Source: Planctomycetota bacterium
Lineage (GTDB): Bacteria > Planctomycetota > JAJSAM01 > JAJVHW01
Length of the DNA stretch: 64,000 nt
Assembly: GCA_965248445.1 (NCBI GenBank)
Contig: CBDFJG010000004.1
Coordinates: 1,920,001-1,984,000, forward strand
Direction: 5' to 3'
Position numbers and translations under genes: made by a program. Positions 40,329 through 49,300 of this stretch are shown piece by piece. A model generated the notes under the pieces. The model made no database searches. It saw only the letters and a list, made by a program, of their open reading frames with translations, and was not told the origin of the DNA. Each line of letters begins with the position of its first letter. Within the stretch, counting starts at the first letter, position 1.

Positions 40329-40814
40329 TTACTCGTAGTACCACATGGTCGAGACGTCGGAGTCGCTCATCGCCTCGGCATATACCCCCGTGGCCGGATC
40401 ATCGACGAGCACGCGGTAACCGTCCTTGCCGTTCGGGAGCCATACCACGCCAGTGTTACCGCTCGTGGTCAGCCCAACGGTCGTGAGGGACGCAGTACCC
40501 ACAGTCGTCCACTCACCAGACTCCAGACGACCGCTGCTGTCGGAGTCGACCCCGTACTGGAGCAGGGCGCTCTGGACCGGGTCGTCTGCGGGGTCATCGT
40601 GCACGACGTTGATACTCATCCAGGTCTTCGTCGAATTCGTGACCGGATCGTACGCTCCGTAGTCGACGTCGATCGCCGTATCGACGTCGTCCTGCGTGTG
40701 GACGACGCTTCTTCGTATTGCATCCGTGACGGGCGGCGTGGCGCTCGCCACACCCAGGAACGTTCCTAGTCCGGCCAGCAGGCACGCGATGCGTGTGGTT
40801 CGGTGTAGCCTCAT
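40329..40814 (-). CDS. Secreted hypothetical protein
   Basis: Signal peptide ending VASA; EF-hand-like DSDSSGRLESGE. Confidence 0.7.
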   Translation of the reverse strand: MRLHRTTRIACLLAGLGTFLGVASATPPVTDAIRRSVVHTQDDVDTAIDVDYGAYDPVTNSTKTWMSINVVHDDPADDPVQSALLQYGVDSDSSGRLESGEWTTVGTASLTTVGLTTSGNTGVVWLPNGKDGYRVLVDDPATGVYAEAMSDSDVSTMWYYE

Positions 40815-40914
40815 GACTCCGGTCTCCTCTCGATCAACCAGGCTGACGACCCGTCACTGTCGAGTCTTCGCGGCCGCAACGCCATGCTGCGCTCACTTCG
40901 GCCTGCGAGCCTCA

Positions 40915-41397
40915 CTACTCGTGCGTCCACTCGAGTGTGTACGCGAACATGCTCTTGGACGCGCTCCCTTCCAACAACTCTACGCTCATGCTGACGAGCG
41001 TCTTGTCCGGGTCTACGGTGATGCCGTGTGCCCCGGCTCCAGTGGTCGTGACCTTGTTGGTCTTGCTGCCATCGGCGTATGTGCCCTGCACATAGACGCC
41101 CACCGAGCCGACCGCGGTCGGGTCCGCGTTGACCGTGACGTTGTCTCCGGCTGCATTCATCTTCAGAATGACCGGAGGCAGGACTGCGGGCGAGCCACTG
41201 GCGCTACCCGGCGATACGACGGGTCCGTCCTCCGACTGGTACGACTCGGTGATCTCACTTCCCTGCGTGAAGAGCGGGGGGTCCGGCAGTGCGGCGGGGT
41301 CGGGTTGTGACGCCGAGCACCCGACAGCTATGCCGAGAAATCCGGCGCAGAAGTAACCTGCTGCCTGCGCGAACTGTGTGTGAACTCTCGGGGTCAT
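40915..41397 (-). CDS. Putative lipoprotein
   Basis: GGGAGG RBS; lipobox AVGC; Pro-rich tether. Confidence 0.7.
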   Translation of the reverse strand: MTPRVHTQFAQAAGYFCAGFLGIAVGCSASQPDPAALPDPPLFTQGSEITESYQSEDGPVVSPGSASGSPAVLPPVILKMNAAGDNVTVNADPTAVGSVGVYVQGTYADGSKTNKVTTTGAGAHGITVDPDKTLVSMSVELLEGSASKSMFAYTLEWTHE

Positions 41398-41465
41398 AAG
41401 CGTGCTCCCTCCCGCTGACTTCGCGTGGCAGTTCATCGTATGCGGGTCCCGATACTCGTCAATGA

Positions 41466-41538
41466 GTAACCGTTCACAACATCACGGAGCGGAGTCTCAG
41501 CGCGCAGATCGGGGTCAGCGCGATCAGCCTGTCCAACT
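41466..41538 (-). mobile_element. Terminal remnant of a further IS66 variant (D)
   Basis: Begins GTAACCGTTCAC; following sequence resembles the transposase 3' end of variant C. Confidence 0.55.
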
Positions 41539-44500
41539 GTAACCGTTCACCCCTTCGTCGCGAGCCAGGATCCAGATCGTTCGGCCATCGGTCGATCAAG
41601 ATGTTGTGGGCGAGCGGCAGGACGAGGATCTGCGGGCGATGGTCGAGGGCCTTCTGGCCTGGATCGAGGAGCTGGAGCGTCGCGAAGCGAAGCATCTGCG
41701 CCGCATCGACGAGCTCGAGTCGCGTCTGAAGCGTGACTCCCGCAACAGCTCGAGGCCTCCGTCGTCGGACCCGGCGTGGTCCAAGCGCCGTCGCGGCCGA
41801 AGGCCGCGTAGCGGTCGCAAGCAGGGCGGACAGCCGGGCCATGAGGGCACGGCGCGCGAGCTGGTGGATCCGTCCAACGTCGATGAGACCAAGGAGCACC
41901 GTCCCGACCTCTGCGACGCGTGCGGACACGACGATCTCGAGCAGGGCATCGGCGATCCGTACCGGCACCAGGTGACGGTGCTCCCGCGCGTGCTCGTCAC
42001 GGTGCGGGAGCACCGGCTGCACAAGGCGCGGTGCCGGCGCTGTCGTGCGGTCACGACGGCGGTCCTGCCCGATGGCGTGCCGACCGGGGCCTTCGGTCCG
42101 CGGCTGACCACACTTGCCGGCGCGCTGCGCGGCGTGTACCGCGAGCGTGCGGGAGACGCAGCGGCTGCTCGGTGAGATTTTCGGTGTGAAGATGTCGCTG
42201 GGCAAGATCAGCGACTGTGAGCGTCGGCTCAGTGACTCTCTGCACTCGTCGTACCTCGAAGCCCTCGGGGCAGTCCGCACGTCGCTGCGAGCCAACGTGG
42301 ACGAGACGTCGTGGAAGGGTACCTGTTCAGCCCTTGATCTGACCGAGGATCCAGATTGTTCCGACGCGGGTCGATGAAGAGTGTGTGGGCACCGACGAGT
42401 TGCGCGAGCTGGTCGAGCGGATGTCGCGTCGGCTGAACGACGCGGAGGAGACGATCGCGTCGCAAGCGGAGGTGATCGAGCGTCAGGCAGCCCGCATCGA
42501 CGAGCTCGAGAGCCGATTGCGACGCGACTCCCGCACATCGTCGCGGCCGCCCTCGTCGGACCCGTCGTGGTCCAAGAGGCGGCGGCGGCGCAAGCCGCCG
42601 TCTGACAAGAAGCAGGGTGCGCAGTCGGGTCACGAGGGCACGACGCGCCAGCTCGTGGACGAGTCCGAGGTCGATGATGTCCAGGACCACCGTCCGCAGG
42701 AGTGCAGCTCCTGCGGTAGCGGCGCACTCATTGCGGTCGATCGTGCCCCCACGCGGCAGCAGGTCTTCGCGCTACCGCCGCGACTGGTCCACGTGACCGA
42801 GCACCGGCTGCACCGCGCTCGCTGCACAGGGTGTGGGATGACGTCCACGGGGCGTCTGCCCGATGGCGTCACCGCCAGTCCCTTCGGTCCACGGCTCACC
42901 GCACTGACTGCCTCGCTGGTCGGAGTCTTCCGGCTGTCGCGGCGGGAGACGAGCCGCCTGCTGCGCGACGTGATCGGCGTGTCGATGTCGCCCGGCACCG
43001 TGAGCGCCATCGAGGAGCGGGTGTCGGGTGCGCTGTCCTCCGCGCACCTCGAGGCACTGGGTGCCGTGCGCACGAGCCGGGTCGCTCACGTGGACGAAAC
43101 ACCGTGGCCTCGTCGCGGCGTCCTGCACTGGCTGTGGAGCGCGGTCAGCGAGCACGCAGTGGTCCACCGGATCGATCGTCGTCGCAGCGCCAAGGCCATG
43201 CGACGACTCATCGGTCGCCGTTACCGCGGCGTCCTGGTCACCGACCGCATGGGCGCCTACGACCGGCACCCGACCGAGCGTCGCCAGATCTGCTGGGCGC
43301 ACCTTGAGCGCGACTTTCGCTCGCTTGCGGAGGGACGATCTGGCGAGCGTCGCTTCGGCAAGAGCGCGGTCTCGCTCGCCCAGGCCGTCATGCGAGCGCA
43401 TCGCCGCTTGGGTGAGCACGGGGACCGCGCAAGGATGCAGCGAGAGCTGCGCCCGACGTGGTCGCGACTGATCGACTTGCTCGTACGCGGGGCGGACAGC
43501 AAGCAGCGTCGAGTCCGCGGGATCAGTCGTCATCTGCTCGCAAGAGCCGAGGCACTTTGGTCCTTCGCCGACGTGCCGGGTGTCTCCCCGACCAACAACA
43601 TCGCCGAGCGCGCCGTGCGCAAACCAGTGCTGTGGCGCCGCGGCACCCACGGCAGCCAGAGCGAGCGGGGCCTGCGCTTCGTCGAGCGCATCTTGACCGT
43701 CACCGCCACCTGCCGGCAGCGCGGCGACAACGTCTTCGACTACCTCGTCGCCGCCACCAGCGCCGCCGGGCTCGGGCAACCGCCGCCGACTCTCGTCGCG
43801 CTGCCGATCAGTCGCTGAGCACGGGGCTGCTCACTCATGACCTGAACAGGTACGTGGAAGGAACGGGGCCGGGTGTGCTGGCTGTGGGCGGCGGAGAGCG
43901 AGCACGCCACAGCCTTCGGGATCGATCGCCGCCGCAGTGCCAAGGCGAAAGGGCGGCTGATCGGGCGGCGCTTCGGTGGCACGGTGATCAGCGACCGGAT
44001 GGGTGCCTACGAGTCACACCCACTTGCCCGCCGCCAGCTCTGCTGGGCGCACATCGAGCGCGCCTTCCGTGCGCTGGCCGAAGGCCCGCGAGGACATCGC
44101 CGCTTCGGCAACAAGGGCGTCATGATCGCGCAGTCGGTCATGCGCAGCTACCGGCTCTTCGGTGAGCACGGCGACCGTGACCGGCTGCAAGGCGAAGCCG
44201 CTGTGCTGCGCGGACGGCTCGAGCGACTGATCGCGAACGACGACTCGGCTCTGGCCAACCATCTGCGCCCCCGCGTGGTCGCCCTCTTCACCTATGCGCG
44301 GACCCAGGACGTGAGTCCGACGAACAACGCCGCCGAGCGCGCGGTCCGCAAAGCGGTGCTCTGGCGCAAGGGCTCCTTCGGAAGCCAGTCCGCTCGCGGA
44401 CTCCGCTTCGCCGAGCGCGTGTTGACCGCCGCGGCCACGCTGCGACGCCGTGGCGACCAAGTCTTCGACTTCCTCGCCGACTCGGTCGCCGCGCACCTCA

Positions 44501-44579
44501 CCGGCGCCGACCCGCCCGTCATGGTCCCGCTGCCCGTCGCACGCTGAGGCTCACACGCTGTCAAGGGGTGAACGGTTAC
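41539..44579 (+). mobile_element. IS66 variant A copy 3, interrupted by variant B, with a 2-bp deletion near 42142
   Basis: Same IRs as A1/A2; 5' half 41606-42318, 3' half 43854-44547; flanks GTCCAACT / GACACGTC. Confidence 0.92.
42319..43853 (+). mobile_element. IS66 variant B, complete (transposase 42385-43818)
   Basis: IRs GTACCTGTTCAG; 8-bp target duplication GTGGAAGG (42311-42318 / 43854-43861). Confidence 0.95.
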
Positions 44580-44732
44580 GACACGTCCCGGTCCCGCGAC
44601 CTCGGCGCTCTGTCCTCGTTCAGCACGGCTATTGCGTTGCAGAGAGTCGAAACTACGCCTACTAGCGTGTCTTCACGCTGCACTGCTTCTCTCATTCTCG
44701 ATCATGCGGGAGGATGCCCGTCCTCCCCGATC

Positions 44733-46220
44733 TCATCGCGTGTCTCTCAGTGAATCGAGTGCTAGCACCGCCTTCGCGCGCACATCGTCATCGCCGTCAT
44801 GGAGTGACACTTCGCCGAGCGTCTCGATCGCAAAAGTGCGTAACGCCCTGTCGCCCTTTGAGCCCACACGACGCAGCACAGAGACTACAAGGAGCCGCAG
44901 CTCAGCACTTGTCGAGGAATCGGAGGTCAGCCCACGTGCCACGCGCTTGCCTCTGGAGCGAGCATCGGCGCCCCACTGCTTGGGGACGAACTCGTTTCCC
45001 AGAAGCACCTGGAGTGCGCGAGCACGGACCGTCGGTCTCACGGTGGAGTCCATTGCCACGCGTTCGGCTGCGGCGAACTCGCCTGCAACGGCCAGCGCTT
45101 GGAGCGTACGCAATGCCGCTGGGTCGTCTCCTTGCCGCACAATTGTGTCCACATGCGCTGCAAGCGGCAGGACATCAATGGACATCCGTGCGGCCTTGAG
45201 CACTACCGAGGACAGGCTGACCAGAGTCTGCACAGACGCGTCCGCTTCGAGGACGCTCGCAACGCGATCTGCCGAGACCAACCATGAAACCAACGCCGTT
45301 CGAGTGTCGACGTCTATCTCGCCCTGCCGCAGGACTTCCAATGACACGGGAATGCCCAACTCGCCGAAATCCGGAAGGTACCGTAGCGCGTCCTCACGCA
45401 CGTCGCGCGGCCCCCGCAGCGCCGCCATCCGCACGAGGGGGAGTACGTCGCGACGAAGCCCATCCGATCGCTCGTCGAGGGTGAGCTCGCTGAGAAGGAC
45501 GCTGAGCGTCGACCAGCGCAGCGACTGGTCCTCGTCTACCATTGCGATCTCGCGGAGACGGTCGATCACGGGAGCCGGAAGATCCTCGTCCGCCGACGCC
45601 GCAATCGTGAGGCCGGCCGCGCGCCACTGAGATTCCGGATGCTGCATGAGGGCGAGCGAGAGTTCCGCCAGATTGGTATCATCGGCTTCGGCGGCGCGCT
45701 CCGCGAGGCTTCCGGAAAGAGGTCGCAAGTCGAGTCCAGTGGGCGACTCCGGCCGCACAACCGAGTGAAGCGCCGAGACGGCCGCCGACGGTTCGACGAG
45801 GCTGAACAGGGTGTCAGCGATCATGTCCGCTTCGTCCCACTCCTCGCGCGACCGTGCCTGCGCAAGCAGTGAGGCCTGGATGGCCACGGCCGGTGGCAGG
45901 GGCGTGCCCTCCAACTCGGAAGCTAGCGCGACATGCTCGGCGCCTAGCTGCGCAGGATCGCGCAACGCACGGATCAACACCTCGAGTGGAGTCGTACCGG
46001 TCTCTGCCTCAACGGCCTCAGCCCGTTCGGGCGGGCGGACCCGGCCGTCACGCGCCGCTCCATGATCGTGCTGCGCATCAGACCGTCGTGGCGTACCCCG
46101 AGTTCGCTCGTTCGTCGGCACCCGACTTGCCCCACCACTATCCCAGGCACGCGGCATGAGCACCGCGACGATGCCCACGAGGACGATCATCACGGCCGCA
46201 GTTCGCCAACTGAGCGACAC
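44733..46220 (-). CDS. Membrane-anchored HEAT-repeat-like protein
   Basis: N-terminal TM; D.D..VR..A..AL-type repeats. Confidence 0.7.
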   Translation of the reverse strand: MSLSWRTAAVMIVLVGIVAVLMPRAWDSGGASRVPTNERTRGTPRRSDAQHDHGAARDGRVRPPERAEAVEAETGTTPLEVLIRALRDPAQLGAEHVALASELEGTPLPPAVAIQASLLAQARSREEWDEADMIADTLFSLVEPSAAVSALHSVVRPESPTGLDLRPLSGSLAERAAEADDTNLAELSLALMQHPESQWRAAGLTIAASADEDLPAPVIDRLREIAMVDEDQSLRWSTLSVLLSELTLDERSDGLRRDVLPLVRMAALRGPRDVREDALRYLPDFGELGIPVSLEVLRQGEIDVDTRTALVSWLVSADRVASVLEADASVQTLVSLSSVVLKAARMSIDVLPLAAHVDTIVRQGDDPAALRTLQALAVAGEFAAAERVAMDSTVRPTVRARALQVLLGNEFVPKQWGADARSRGKRVARGLTSDSSTSAELRLLVVSVLRRVGSKGDRALRTFAIETLGEVSLHDGDDDVRAKAVLALDSLRDTR

Positions 46221-46303
46221 AATGCGTTACCCGTCCAGCGCCGATTGGACGTCAGCCGTGGCCGCCTCGGCGCCCATGCCATCGCTCAATAGACTCGCCG
46301 TCA

Positions 46304-49300
46304 CTAGAATGTTCCCTGGTTGATGCGACTCAAATACGTTGCCTGCCATTGGCTACCGTTCGTGAGTCTCTTCCGCATTTCCCAGACAGAGATGGGCCTT
46401 GAGCATCCGCAAGAACAGTAGATCGGATCGAAGATATCGTAGAAATCCTCGATATCCTCGTCTGACGCGCCCGCTGGGTGCTTCGAGTTATTCTCCTTCG
46501 ACTTGTTCGCCTTGATCATCGCCTGCAAGCGCGCGCGAGTATTCTTGGTCACCTGCGCGTGGCTGTCGGGTTTCGCCTTCTTGTTGTTCTTGTGATGCTC
46601 GTCTTCGTGAAGTCCTGCCACGAATACGTCCCAGAACGCCTCGCCGAAGCAGGGGCAGAAGGCGTCGGGATCTGGCATGTCCAGGCGAATCTTGTTCGTG
46701 GTCGGATCCGTCTCGCCGGCGGCGGCGCCTCCATGCCCCCCAGATGGCGGCGACTCCGGCCCGTACCCGGACGTGTCGTCGGCGCTTCCGTCGTCGAGTC
46801 CATCGTCACCCATCTGCTTGATCAGACCGTCAATCACTTTCATAGCCTTCTTTGCCGCCTGGTCATTGTCTGCCTGAGACGCATCGTCCAGCCCCATTGC
46901 GTCTGTACGACGCACGGGGGAATTCGAAGCGTACATGTACAGGCTCGGTCCATCCGCATATCCGGTCGCGTCACGCTGCACGAACCTCCGCAACTCCGCC
47001 GAGTACGCCCGCGCCCGGTAGTGGTACAATCCGCTCTCCTCGTCCATCCGCCTCCCGGTGAACATCCACGGGTTTTCGATCTGCGATGAGGTCACTGAGC
47101 CGCCGTTGATGTCCGAGATCGCGACCGTCCCGTACGGGTCGTAGCTGTAGCTCTCGACCACAGCCTCGTCGGGATCCGTGACGTGCGTGACCGACCCCAC
47201 GAGCTGCCCGTGGTAGTAGAAGCGCTTGAGCTCCGTGGTGTTGCTGTCGCTGTCCACGTCGGCGACGTCCGGCGCTTCCATCACCGCCGGATCGTCGATC
47301 TTGTCACTGTAGGCGTACAGGCGAAGCAGATCGGTTCCGTCGTACTCCTCAATCACGCTGTTGCCGTCATAGATGTAGCGCGACGTGTCGCTGCCGACGG
47401 TCTTCTTCGTGCGTCGGCCGCGGCCGAGCGCGTCGTACTTGTACTCGCCGAGCACGGCAGAGTCGCTCTTGCGCGTCACCTTGAGGAGGTGGTTGTGGGC
47501 GTCGTAGGCGTAGGTGTTGGTGCCGTCGTCTGTGAGGTTGCCGCTGGCGTCGTAGGTGTGCGTCGTGCCGCCGACGGCCGTGTACTCGTTGACGGCGTTC
47601 GACGTGTAGCTGGTCGTCGTCGCACTTCCGCCGTAGGGCGTCACCACGTAGGACGTCAGGTTGAAGACATCGTCCATGTTGTAATCGCGCTTCTCGTCGT
47701 ACGTCTCGGTGCCGGGGTTGGCGAGTTCGTTCGCCGGATCCGCCACCGCCATCAGGGTCTTCGTCAGACGGTTCGCCTGGTCGTAGGTGTACAGTTCGCC
47801 GGCGCCTGACTCGTGGCCTCGTGCCTCGTAGAGGGGGTTCGAGTTCGCGTCCCACGCGTAGTCGAACGACGCGAACTCCGGGCTGCTCGAATCCTCGTGC
47901 GCGATCTCGACGATGCGGCGGTAGCCGTCGTAGCCGACCGTCGTGGTCGTGCCGTTCCCGAAGGTGACCGTGTCCCGTCGGTGGTGCCGGCCGATCACGC
48001 CGAAGGACACGATCGAGGTGTCCGTCTTGTCGTCCACCTCCATCAGGCAGCAGACCTCGTCGTAGGTCCGCCGCGCCTCGAACGTTGAGGGGTATGTCAC
48101 TCTGGTCTTGTTGGACTCCGCGTCCCACGTGTACGTGACGGTCTTCGCCTCGCTGCCCAGTGGATTGCTGCCCTGCTTCTCGGTCAGGACGCGCGAGAGC
48201 GAGTCGTATGTGAGCTGCACGATGGCGTCGTTGTCTTTGGCCTCGGTCAGACGGTTGAGGCCGTCGTAGGCGAAGTCCTCGTCGGTGTCGCCGAGGACGC
48301 CAGTGCCCTTGGTGATGTCGCGGGCGATCAGACGGTCGAGATCGTCGAAGTCCTGGTCGAACTCGGTGCCGTTCTGATCGATGATCGTCGTTGCGTTGCC
48401 GTTCGCATCGAGACTGAGCGTGACCACGCCGGAGTCGGCGTAGGTGACTTCCTCAAGGCGGTTCATGAGGTCGTAGTCGTACTGCGTCTCGTTCCCCGCG
48501 TCGTCGCGATAGACGATCACGTTGTTGTGGATGTCGAAGTCCCACTCGATGTCAAGGGACGCGCCCGACCCCAGATCGACGCTCTTCTTCGTGATGCGTG
48601 CCAGGCCGTCCGAGAACAACTCCGTGTCGGTGCCATCCGGCTCGATCTCCACTCTCGCCACGCTGAGCGCGTCGAGCTTCCACTCCGTCACGAGACTGTT
48701 CGCGGAGTTCGCGGCGTCGATGCGCTTCTGCGTCCTCCTTCGGTTCAAGGCGTCGTAAGTGAACTCCGTCTCGTAGACCTCGCTGACCGTCGTGCCGTGC
48801 AGGAACTCAGTCTCCTTGATCTCCGTGACGTTCCCGTTCGCATCGAGCGTGTACTCCTCCAGGTTGCCGATGGCATCGGTGTCCTTCGTGAGCCGGCCCG
48901 CGCCGTCGTAGACACGAGTCGTGTCGTATCCCCGCCGGTCGTTGAGCACCGTGGTGAGGCCGCGCCTGTCGAGTGTCCTCGTCCGATACAACCAGGTGTC
49001 CGGCGTTCCTTGGAGCACCGCCTCGCTCTGCCAGAGCCGGTTGATCTCGTCGTAGTTGCGCTTCTCGTGGGCGAGGAGGTCGTCTGCCGACGGGTCGTTG
49101 TCCTGCCAGCTCTTGCGTTCGGTCAGGTTGTTCGCCTTGTCGTACGCGAGCTGCGTGTAATGGCCCAACGCGTTGGTGCCTTGGGTGGGCCGATCGAAGA
49201 GGTCGAACATCGCTGTCGAACTCTTGCCGCGAGGGTTCGTCACGGAGGTCCGATTGCGGTTCCCGTCGTAATCGATGGTCGTCGTGGCGGCGATGTGTCC

